Assembly: GCA_963816395.1 (NCBI GenBank)
Contig: CAWFKQ010000004.1
Location: 64,001-128,000, forward strand
Length of the DNA stretch: 64,000 bases
Source of the DNA: an uncultured delta proteobacterium
GTDB lineage: Bacteria; Desulfobacterota; Desulfuromonadia; Desulfuromonadales; JACZKF01
Reading direction: 5' to 3'
How positions within the stretch are numbered: the stretch's first letter is position 1; each line of letters starts with the position of its first letter. The notes under the pieces are model-generated. The model was not told the origin of the DNA and did not search any database. It was given only the letters and a program-made list of their open reading frames with translations. A program made the translations under genes and the position numbers. Of the stretch, positions 55,828 to 64,000 are shown piece by piece.

Positions 55828-58607
55828 TTTTCGAGCAATGCCACCGGGAACTGCCGCAACAGGTCGGCGATGGGCAGTCGGCTACCGGGCGGCAGCCGGG
55901 CATCGGTGAAGACCTCCCGCCAGGGGCCGCTCTCCTCCGGCAGGAGCAGGGCGGTATCCTCCCATACCTCCTCCCCCAGGGGGAAGCTTCCCGTCTCCAG
56001 CTGGCCGGTCAGCAGGCGCGGGACGACGGTGATCGCCCAGGCGCCGGCCTGCCGGCGGGCGAAGGCGACCAGGTGGTCGGCGAATTTTCCCTCCACGCTC
56101 AGCGGCAGGTAGTCCCCATCGCGGAACAGCTCGGGCTGCCGGCGGCGGACTTCCAGTGCCCGCCAGATGAGAAAGAGCTTGATCCGGCCGTCCTCCGGCT
56201 GCGCCAGCAACTCGGCAAGCAATGCGGGCAGATCCTCTTCCGCCCGCTCCCGCAGCGTCGTCAGCAGCTGCCGCCGCCGGCGGTAGTCGACCGGCCGCCG
56301 GTTGTCGGGATCGACCAGGGAGAAGTCCCACAGCTCGGTTCCCTGGTAGAAGTCGGGGACGCCCGGGGTAGTGATCTTGAGCAGGGTCTGGCCGAGGCTG
56401 TTGAGCACGCCGAAGTGGGCGATCCGGCGCTGGAAGGGGAGAAATTCGGTCAGGAAGGCATTGTCTTTTCCCGGCGCCAGGATCCGGGTGACGAAATCGA
56501 GATAGGTCTGCTCGTAATCCTGATCCGGTTTGATCCAGGCCGTGTAAACCTTGGCCTCGCGCACCGCCTTCACCACGTAGTCGCACAGGCGCCCCAGGTA
56601 GTGCTTGCGGTCGAAGCGGCCGTTGGGCCAGGTGCCGAGCAGTGTCTGGTAGAGAAAATACTCGTCATTGGCCGCCGGCACTTTCTTGCGCCCGATCCGC
56701 CCCTTGCAGCCGCGGTTGAGACGGCTCCAGCTCTTGAGCTGCCGACCCCATTCCTGGGGAATTTCAGAAAGGACGTGCAGGCGCGCCCGCATGTCCTCCC
56801 CCCGCTTGTGATCGTGCGTGGCGGTGGCGGAGAGGGCGTGCGGCCATTCCTCCTGCCGCCGCTGGCAGTAGCCGTGAAACTCCTCCGGGGTGAAGCCGAA
56901 CCGCTCGGGGGCGCCGCCGACCTCGTTGAGGGAAATAAGCCGATTGTAGACGTAGAGCAGGGTGTCCTCGAACCCCTTGGCCATCAACGGCCCGGTGAAC
57001 TGCTGCAGGCGCATGAGAAAGTGCAGCCACTGCCGCTTCTCCTCCTCCGGCAGGAAATCGTCGATCTCCAGCAGCAGGATCTTCTGCAGGTAGTGGAATT
57101 CATTGGTCAGTCCGGGGTTTCTCTCGAGCGCCCAGTGGATGGCCTGGCGGATGTACCGGCGGTCGATCTCCCGTTCGCCGGCGGGGTGAAAATAGGTGCG
57201 GTAGACCGGAAAGACGGCCATGAACTCGATCAGGGAGCGGCGCAGGCTGTACATGGTGATGTCGCTGCCGTAGCGATGGTGGCTGGCGATGTCTTTGAGC
57301 AGAAAGGCCAGGTTGTTGATGTCCCCCATCATGTGCCGCTCGAGGATCAGTTTTTTCTTTTCATAGACGAGGTCGGCGTATTCCTCATCCATGCCGGTGA
57401 AACCGGCGTAGAGGCGGCTGAACGCTTTCAGGCTGGCCTGCCGGCAGAAAACACCCCCCACCCGGTTCATGAACTCATAGCCGGTGGTTCCCTGCACCGG
57501 CCACTGCGGCAGCGGCTCGCCCGGGTCGATGATCTTTTCCACCACCAGGTACAGGTCGCCTACTTCCGCCCGCAGCCGCTCCAGGTAGCGGGCCGGATCG
57601 CACAGACCGTCGACATGGTCGACGCGCAGGCCGGTGAAGTGCCCCTCGGCGGCCAGGCGGAAAATCAACTGGTGGGTTTCGGTGAAAACTTCCGCCCGCT
57701 CCGCCTGCAGGGAGATCAGGTCATTGATGCTGAAGAAGCGGCGGTAGTTGATCTCCTCGGTGGCCACTTTCCAGAAAGAGAGTCGGAAGTTCTGCTCATT
57801 GAGCAGGTGGTCGAGAGGGGTGAAACTTTCCTGCTCTCCCGGCTGGCCGTTGTAGAGGGCGACGGTGCCATCGACGGTCCGGCGGATACCGCTGTTCTTC
57901 CGGTAGAGGTTCCACAGGGTTTCCTTGATGAAGCGGATCTGGTTGTAGCGGTCGAGATCCCCCGCCCCGGTGCGCAGCGTCTCCAGGACATAGAGGACGC
58001 CCAGCAGCTGAATGTAATCGGGGTTCTCCTCCCCCAGCCGGGTGCGCAGGGACTCCAGGGTCGGGGTGAGCAGCCGCCGGTACGACTCGATTTTCAGGGC
58101 GAACCGCAGGTCGTAATAGCTGATGGCGAAGCCGTCCCGATCGTAGGAGAGGCGCAGCTGACCGGTTTCCAGCGCCTCGCCGTAGAAACTGCCGAGAAAC
58201 GGCGCCAGCACGCGCCCCTGCAGGACGTCGTAAAAGTGGTCCCAGATGATGTCGAAAAAGTGATAATGGCGGCTGCTGGCGCCGTTTTCCAGCAGGTCGA
58301 CCAGGTACGGATTGGCCTTATCGAAGGCCATGTGGTTGGGAACGATATCCTGCAGCCAGCCCATCCCCCGTCCCTGCACCTCCGCCGACAGCCGGGCGAA
58401 CTCTTCCGGGGTGCCCAGCTCGGGGTTGAGGGCGTTGGGATCGACCTGGTCGTAACCGTGGGTGCTGCCGGGCCGGGCGGCGAAAATCGGCGAGGCATAA
58501 AGATCGGAGATCCCCAGCGCCTGCAGGTAGTCGAGAATTTCCAGGGCCCGGGCAAAGCCGAAGTCGGCGGTGAATTGCAGGCGATAGGTGGCGGTGGGGA
58601 TACGCAT
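55809..58607 (-). CDS. treY: Malto-oligosyltrehalose synthase
   Basis: PTATYRLQF, GSTHGYD, DIVPNHM, INYRRFF, GLRVDHVDGL, PDFYQGTE, LVDPDNRRPVD. Confidence 0.96.
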   Translation of the reverse strand: MRIPTATYRLQFTADFGFARALEILDYLQALGISDLYASPIFAARPGSTHGYDQVDPNALNPELGTPEEFARLSAEVQGRGMGWLQDIVPNHMAFDKANPYLVDLLENGASSRHYHFFDIIWDHFYDVLQGRVLAPFLGSFYGEALETGQLRLSYDRDGFAISYYDLRFALKIESYRRLLTPTLESLRTRLGEENPDYIQLLGVLYVLETLRTGAGDLDRYNQIRFIKETLWNLYRKNSGIRRTVDGTVALYNGQPGEQESFTPLDHLLNEQNFRLSFWKVATEEINYRRFFSINDLISLQAERAEVFTETHQLIFRLAAEGHFTGLRVDHVDGLCDPARYLERLRAEVGDLYLVVEKIIDPGEPLPQWPVQGTTGYEFMNRVGGVFCRQASLKAFSRLYAGFTGMDEEYADLVYEKKKLILERHMMGDINNLAFLLKDIASHHRYGSDITMYSLRRSLIEFMAVFPVYRTYFHPAGEREIDRRYIRQAIHWALERNPGLTNEFHYLQKILLLEIDDFLPEEEKRQWLHFLMRLQQFTGPLMAKGFEDTLLYVYNRLISLNEVGGAPERFGFTPEEFHGYCQRRQEEWPHALSATATHDHKRGEDMRARLHVLSEIPQEWGRQLKSWSRLNRGCKGRIGRKKVPAANDEYFLYQTLLGTWPNGRFDRKHYLGRLCDYVVKAVREAKVYTAWIKPDQDYEQTYLDFVTRILAPGKDNAFLTEFLPFQRRIAHFGVLNSLGQTLLKITTPGVPDFYQGTELWDFSLVDPDNRRPVDYRRRRQLLTTLRERAEEDLPALLAELLAQPEDGRIKLFLIWRALEVRRRQPELFRDGDYLPLSVEGKFADHLVAFARRQAGAWAITVVPRLLTGQLETGSFPLGEEVWEDTALLLPEESGPWREVFTDARLPPGSRLPIADLLRQFPVALLENSEIAR

Positions 58608-61001
58608 TCAGTCCACCTTGATCTTCAGCAGGCGGCCCAGTTCCAGGAAACGCTCCAGGGTCTCGTCGGCCAGACGGGAGAGGGCCGGGCGGTAGAGGGC
58701 GAAATAGAGGTTCTGCGGCTGCCAGAGGTAGAGCTTCAGGGGGAGCCGCTGGCAGGCCTGGAGGAGCTCAACCAGGTAGTCGAGCAGCTCGCGGTTTTCC
58801 GGCGTCTCCTGCAACCTCTGCAGCATTTCGCTGATCTTCCGGCCGGCCAGCCGGCCGAGGCCGGGTTCGCTGGGCTCCACTCCCGCCTTGCGCATCTCTT
58901 CGGCCAGCCGACCGATCTCTGCCGGCGCGGGGCGCTCTTCGGCCAGCAGGTGGCGCAACTGGGCGGTGAGGGCGGTCTCCATCGGCACCGCCAGCTGCGG
59001 CGGCACCGGCATGCGGATCTCCTGGAGGAAACGGGCGAGGGCGAAATGCCGCTGGTAAATGGCTTGAAAAGTGTTCTCGATCTCCTCCAGGGTCAGCGCC
59101 ATCACCTGCTCCATCACCCGCCGCTGCTCATCCTTGAACAGGTGCCAGAGGGAGTAGTTGTGAGTCCCGAAATGCTGATCCATCAGGCGGATGACCTCGG
59201 GGATATCGCTGCCCTCGAGCGCCTCGCGCATTTCCCGCCGCATCGCCTCGTAAGCGTCTTCGCCCCGGCACTCGCGCACCCCGGCGTTCAGGTTCTGACC
59301 CCCCAGGTGCAGCACCGCATAGGAAAAGATCCCCTCCTGCCAGGTGATCTCGGAACGAATGCGGGTGCGGCCGGTCGCCAGCTGGATCAGGCCGGCATGC
59401 ACCCGTTCGCTCGCCTCCTGCTCGGCCCGGTAGCAGTAGATCGTCTGCTGCTTGCCGCCATCGGCGAAGAGTGAGGCGATGGCATGGTGGGCGGCGACCC
59501 GGATCAGGTCGAGGCGAACCGGCTTGACCGCTGTCTCGTAGACGCGGGCGGCATTTTCCCAGCGGGGAAGGTTGCTGGGCGCCCGGGCCAGGCGGCGCAG
59601 AAATTCCTCCTCCAGATCGGTGCCGGCGACCTTGCGGGCGAGCTGCAGGGCGCGGCCGGCATAGCAGAGGACCTGGGTCGTCTCGATCCCCGAGACTTCG
59701 TCGAAAAACCAGCCGCAGCTGGTGAACATGAGCATCGCTTGGCGCTGCATCTCCAGCAGGCGCAGGGCCCGCACCGCTTCCTCCGCCTGCAGGTCGCGAC
59801 CGCTCTGGCGCCGGAGGAATTCGCGCACCCGAGGCGGCGAGCGGTCGAGGATCACCTCGATGTACGCATCCCGGGCCTGCCAGGGATTGCCGGCCAGCTT
59901 TCCCATCTCCTCCTCGTAGAGGGGGATCAGCCGGTCGCGCAGCCAGTCCAGCGCCTCCCGCAGCGGCTCCCGCCACCCCTGGGTCCAGCCGTTGCCGCCG
60001 AGTCGGCAGCCGCAGTCGGCGCGCCAGCGCTCCACCCCGTGGGCGCAGCTCCAACTGGTTTCTTCATAGATTTCCACCTCGTAGGCGGGGGGATGCTTTT
60101 TCAGAAACTCCCCATAGACGGTCAGTTTGGCCAATCCCTGCGCCTCGACGAAGCGCAGGCAGTAGGCGAGGGCCATGTCGCCGAAACGGTGGTGATGCCC
60201 GTAGGTTTCCCCGTCGGTGGCGATATGGACCAGCTGCGGGCGGTGCTCGTCGGCGGCGAAGGTGCCGACCAGGCGGTGGGCGAAGTTCTCCCCCCGCTTG
60301 AGCATGTCGGAGAAAGCCACCTCCTGCGCCACCGGCCCGTCATAGAAAAAAATGGCAATGCTGCGGCCGGAGGGCAGACGGCAGAGATAAGGATGCTTGG
60401 GATCGATCCGGCTGCCGCTGACGTCCTGCCATTTCTCCTTTTTCAGCGGTCGCACCCGGTGCGCCTGGGACGGGGCGAGGATGGTGAAGGCGATTCCCTG
60501 CTCGGCCAGCAGTTCCAGGGATTCCAGGTCGACCGCCGTCTCCGGCAGCCACATTCCTTCCGGCCGGCGGCCGAAGCGGTGGCGGAAATCGGCGATCCCC
60601 CACAGGACCTGGGTGCGCTTGTCGCGGCTGTTGGCCAGCGGCATGATCAGGTGGTTGTAGGCCTGGGCGATCGCCGAACCGTGGCCGGCGAAACGCTGCC
60701 GGCTCTGGCGGTCCGAATCGAGCACGGCCCGGTAGGTCGCCGGATGGTGCTTCTCCATCCAGGAGAGGAGAGTGGGGCCGAAGTTGAAGCTGATCCGGCT
60801 GTAATTATTGACGATGTCGAGGATGCGTCCCTCGCCGTCCTGGACGCGGGAGGCGCCGTTCGGGGCGTAGCACTCGGCGGTGATGCGCTCATTCCAGTCG
60901 TGGTAGGGATAGGCGGAATCCTGCAGCTCGATATCCTCCAGCCAGGGATTTTCCCGGGGAGGCTGATAGAAGTGGCCATGAATGCAGAGGTAGCGTGGCA
61001 T
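58608..61001 (-). CDS. GH57-family glycoside hydrolase with DUF3536-type C-terminus
   Basis: HGHFYQPPRENPW, GMWLPETAVD, ATDGETYGHH, SWSCAHGVERW, TSCGWFFDE. Confidence 0.9.
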   Translation of the reverse strand: MPRYLCIHGHFYQPPRENPWLEDIELQDSAYPYHDWNERITAECYAPNGASRVQDGEGRILDIVNNYSRISFNFGPTLLSWMEKHHPATYRAVLDSDRQSRQRFAGHGSAIAQAYNHLIMPLANSRDKRTQVLWGIADFRHRFGRRPEGMWLPETAVDLESLELLAEQGIAFTILAPSQAHRVRPLKKEKWQDVSGSRIDPKHPYLCRLPSGRSIAIFFYDGPVAQEVAFSDMLKRGENFAHRLVGTFAADEHRPQLVHIATDGETYGHHHRFGDMALAYCLRFVEAQGLAKLTVYGEFLKKHPPAYEVEIYEETSWSCAHGVERWRADCGCRLGGNGWTQGWREPLREALDWLRDRLIPLYEEEMGKLAGNPWQARDAYIEVILDRSPPRVREFLRRQSGRDLQAEEAVRALRLLEMQRQAMLMFTSCGWFFDEVSGIETTQVLCYAGRALQLARKVAGTDLEEEFLRRLARAPSNLPRWENAARVYETAVKPVRLDLIRVAAHHAIASLFADGGKQQTIYCYRAEQEASERVHAGLIQLATGRTRIRSEITWQEGIFSYAVLHLGGQNLNAGVRECRGEDAYEAMRREMREALEGSDIPEVIRLMDQHFGTHNYSLWHLFKDEQRRVMEQVMALTLEEIENTFQAIYQRHFALARFLQEIRMPVPPQLAVPMETALTAQLRHLLAEERPAPAEIGRLAEEMRKAGVEPSEPGLGRLAGRKISEMLQRLQETPENRELLDYLVELLQACQRLPLKLYLWQPQNLYFALYRPALSRLADETLERFLELGRLLKIKVD

Positions 61002-61009
61002 GCCTGGTT

Positions 61010-62830
61010 TTACTCCTGGCGAAAGAGGGCGCAGCTGAGACCGGGAATGGTCAGGGGTGCTGTGGCGGCGGCGGTCTCCGGCAGGGTGCTGCCTGGGCCA
61101 TCCCAGGCTGGATCGGCCGAATCGAGCAGCTTGCGCCAGCTCCCCTCGTTGGCGGGCAGCTTCAAGCTTATCGCCGAGGCATTGAAATTCAACAGGAGCA
61201 GCAACTGCGCGCCGTCGCACCAGCGCCGCAGCCAGACCGTCTGCTCCCCCTCCGGGGCGCCGGCTTCCCGGAGCTCGCCGGTGCCCAGGGCCGGGTTCTC
61301 CCGCCGCAGTTGCAGCAGGCGCTCATACCAGGCGAGCATGGCGCGGTGCCGCCCCTGCCGCCGCTGTTCCCAGTGCAGGCAGGAGCGGCGGAAGGTTTCC
61401 GGGTCGTGCGGGTCGGGGGGCTCGCCGCGCCATTTGAAGGCGGCGAACTCCTCTATCCGCCCCTGGTGCACCGCCTCGCGCAGCCCCTCGTCGAGGAAAT
61501 CGGCGAAAAACTGGAAAGGCGCCTCCTCGGCATACTCTTCCCCCATGAAGAGCAAGGGGATATAGGGCGAGAGAATGACGGCGGCGGCGGCGACCTTGGC
61601 CGCCTCGAAGGAGGTCAGGGCGAGCAGGCGCTGGCCGAACATGCGGTTACCCACCTGGTCGTGATTCTGCGAACAGACGACGAACTGCCGGCCGGGGCGG
61701 TCGGCGGCGCTGCTGCCGCGCCGGTGCCCGCGGTAGACCGAATAGCGCCAGTCGTAGGCATACCCTTCCCGGTAGGCCTTTGCCAGGTCGGCGGGGCGGC
61801 CGAAATCGGCGTAATAGCCGGCGTCCTCGGCGGTCAGCAGGCTGTGCAGGGCATGGTGGAAGTCATCGCTCCAATGGGCGTCCAGCCCGAAGCCTCCCTG
61901 TTCGGGCGGGCGGATGAGGCGTACGTCGTTGAGGTCGTTTTCGGCCATCAGCAGGCAGCGCCGCCCCGCCGTGCGCTCCAGTTTGCGCACTTTTTCGGCC
62001 AGTTCCTGCAGAAAGGGTTTGGCGGAGAAATCGTAGATGCGATCGGTGGCATCCAGGCGCAGGGCGTCGAAGTGGTACTCGCGAAACCAGAAGAGGGCGT
62101 TCTCGATGAAGTAGTGGCGCACCTGGTCGCTGCCGGCGGCGTCCATGTTGACGGCGTCTCCCCAGGGGGTGCGGTAGCGGGAGGTGAAATAGGGACCGAA
62201 TTCGCGCAGGTAGTTTCCCTCCGGCCCCATATGGTTGTAGACGACATCGAGGATGGCGGCCAGGCCGTGGCGATGACAGGCGTCGACCAGGCGCTTCAAG
62301 CCCTCCGGGCCGCCGTAGCTGTTCTGCGGGGCGAATGGGTGGACGCCGTCGTACCCCCAGCCGCGGGCGCCCGGAAACTGGCTGACCGGCATGATCTCGA
62401 TGGCGGTGATCCCCAACTCCCGTAATTCCGGCAGGCGGGGGATAATCGCCTCGAAAGTTCCCTCGGGAGTGAAGGTCCCGACGTGCAGCTCGTAGATGAC
62501 GAAGCGCTCCAGAGGCAGCCCCGGCCAGTCCACATCCTGCCAGGGGAAGGCGCGGTGATCGACCACCGCCGAGGGCTTGTGCACCCCCTCCGGCTGGAAG
62601 TGGGAGGCGGGGTCGGGGCGCTCCTGCCCCTTGCCGACCAGGCGGTAGACGTAACGGCTGCCGGGGGGAACCGCCTCCGCCGTGACCCGCCAGTAACCGT
62701 CCTCCAGCCGTTGCATCGGCAGCAGGCGCGCAGTGGGGGTGAGCAGGCGCAGCTCCATGCGTTCCTCCAGCGGCGCCCAGACGGTGAACTCGCAGCGATT
62801 CTCTTCCAGATAGTTGGCGCCGATGCGCAT
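61010..62830 (-). CDS. treZ: Malto-oligosyltrehalose trehalohydrolase
   Basis: YELHVGTFTPEGTF, WGYDGV, DVVYNHMGPEGNY, LRLDA, QNHDQVGNR, PLLFMGEE. Confidence 0.95.
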   Translation of the reverse strand: MRIGANYLEENRCEFTVWAPLEERMELRLLTPTARLLPMQRLEDGYWRVTAEAVPPGSRYVYRLVGKGQERPDPASHFQPEGVHKPSAVVDHRAFPWQDVDWPGLPLERFVIYELHVGTFTPEGTFEAIIPRLPELRELGITAIEIMPVSQFPGARGWGYDGVHPFAPQNSYGGPEGLKRLVDACHRHGLAAILDVVYNHMGPEGNYLREFGPYFTSRYRTPWGDAVNMDAAGSDQVRHYFIENALFWFREYHFDALRLDATDRIYDFSAKPFLQELAEKVRKLERTAGRRCLLMAENDLNDVRLIRPPEQGGFGLDAHWSDDFHHALHSLLTAEDAGYYADFGRPADLAKAYREGYAYDWRYSVYRGHRRGSSAADRPGRQFVVCSQNHDQVGNRMFGQRLLALTSFEAAKVAAAAVILSPYIPLLFMGEEYAEEAPFQFFADFLDEGLREAVHQGRIEEFAAFKWRGEPPDPHDPETFRRSCLHWEQRRQGRHRAMLAWYERLLQLRRENPALGTGELREAGAPEGEQTVWLRRWCDGAQLLLLLNFNASAISLKLPANEGSWRKLLDSADPAWDGPGSTLPETAAATAPLTIPGLSCALFRQE

Positions 62831-62917
62831 AAAAACTCCATAGGTTCGCGGCTTGCGGCTGACGGCTGACGGTTGCGGTTTGCCGCGTCCCGCGCGCCGC
62901 ATGCCGCGCGCCGGCTT

Positions 62918-64000
62918 TTATTCCTCTTCCAGCAGCCTCTCGATCCCGATCAGCGGGATGATCAGCCAGTCCGGCCGGTTGTTCAGCTCGTAGCCGAGCT
63001 CGTACACCGCCTTCTCCAGCAGGAAGGCCCGCAGCATGGTGGCCAGCCCGGCGGCCTCCTGCGGGATGATCGCCGAGGCGCCGAGGACCTCCCGGTAGCA
63101 CTGGAGAAAGGCCCCGCCGACGTAGGTCTGCCAGAACTCCAGCCAGGACTCGAGCAGCGGCGCATCGCCGGGGTGCTCGCCCTGGTGGCGGTGCAGCGCC
63201 ATCCGGGCGGCGTAATGGAAGGAGCGCAGCATCCCGGCGACGTCCCGCAGTGGCGAGCGCTTCAGGCGCCGTTCACTGAGGGTGCGCGCCGGTTCCCCCT
63301 CAAAATCGATGATGACGAAATCCTTGCCGGTGAACAGCACCTGCCCCAGATGGTAGTCGCCGTGCAGACGGGTTTTCTGCGCCGAAAGCTTCGGCCCCAT
63401 GATCTTCGCCATGCGCGCCAGAATCTTCTGCTCGGCCGCCAGCATTTGCTCTACCCGCGGCCGCAGCGATTCATCGAGCCGGTTTCGGTTCTGCCCCAGC
63501 TGAATGAAGACCCGCCGGGTCAGGCTGCGCATCGACTGGTAAACCGAGCGCTGATAGAGGGTGGAGAACTCGTCGGGGCGCATCGCCGGATCCTGCACCT
63601 GGCTGGCCAGGGCGCGGTGCATCTCGGCGGTGCGCTGCCCCAGCAGATAAATCATCTCCAGGAAAAAATGCCCGAGGTATTCCCGGATTTCCGGCTGCAG
63701 TTCATCGGGGTCGGCATCCAGGTAGAAGGGAAGCCCCGAGGGAAGCGGCGGCAGCTCCGTGCGGTGCGCCAGCAGGTCCTCGATGAAGCGATCGAGCGCC
63801 CCCTGGGTAAAGCTCCAGGCATCGCCATGGTTGGGGATGAAATTCTGCAGCATCCCCAGGGCGTATGGCGTCCCGCCGGCGCTGCGGTATTCGAGGGCGC
63901 CGGCAAAGGAGGGAACCTGCGAAAAGCGGGTCCGTTCGGTCAGGAAGCGGGTCATCTCCAGGTCGGGATTGATCCCTTCTTCGACGGACCGGTACAGCTT
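62918..64000 (-). CDS. Maltokinase (Pep2) domain, probably the C-terminus of a TreS-maltokinase fusion; 5' end outside the window
   Basis: RLHGDYHLGQVL, IIDFEGEP, SPLRDVAGMLRSF, EKAVYELGYELNNRPDW. Confidence 0.9.
   Translation of the reverse strand, partial: KLYRSVEEGINPDLEMTRFLTERTRFSQVPSFAGALEYRSAGGTPYALGMLQNFIPNHGDAWSFTQGALDRFIEDLLAHRTELPPLPSGLPFYLDADPDELQPEIREYLGHFFLEMIYLLGQRTAEMHRALASQVQDPAMRPDEFSTLYQRSVYQSMRSLTRRVFIQLGQNRNRLDESLRPRVEQMLAAEQKILARMAKIMGPKLSAQKTRLHGDYHLGQVLFTGKDFVIIDFEGEPARTLSERRLKRSPLRDVAGMLRSFHYAARMALHRHQGEHPGDAPLLESWLEFWQTYVGGAFLQCYREVLGASAIIPQEAAGLATMLRAFLLEKAVYELGYELNNRPDWLIIPLIGIERLLEEE

Noticed and set aside
55809..64000. Trehalose/glycogen cluster as a novel system
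   Set aside because: Ordinary maltokinase-treZ-GH57-treY arrangement.

Overview
High-GC chromosomal window. Gene content (rnj, ssb ending DDDIPF, a Geobacter-like IclR, HEAT/HD-GYP pair, FprA, small c-type cytochrome) suggests Desulfuromonadales/Geobacterales; this taxon is inferred, not confirmed. About 15 genes, including essential ftsK and priA, are split by single-base indels, which look like uncorrected long-read errors rather than pseudogenes. Layout: housekeeping genes (1-32.8 kb), a defence operon (32.9-44.2 kb), a TonB + TPR-like lipoprotein + YddB/FusA-like receptor locus (44.3-51 kb), an LVIVD protein with a hybrid kinase (51-55.6 kb) and a trehalose/glycogen cluster (55.8-64 kb). 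The main result is the defence operon, a type I R-M system (half-size hsdS-like gene, hsdM, rhuM, hsdS, hsdR, ygjP-like). A three-gene CBASS sits between hsdS and hsdR: patatin phospholipase, CD-NTase, and a stand-alone E2-like protein with a SEC-C-like Zn knuckle. It has no E1 or JAB gene, and the cyclase tail lacks a terminal Gly/Ala. Also notable are a six-copy octamer inverted-repeat element that often supplies stop codons, an HD-GYP protein with the RxxQ signature linked to cGAMP selectivity, and a 35-codon ORF built from a palindromic repeat that bridges hsdM and rhuM.
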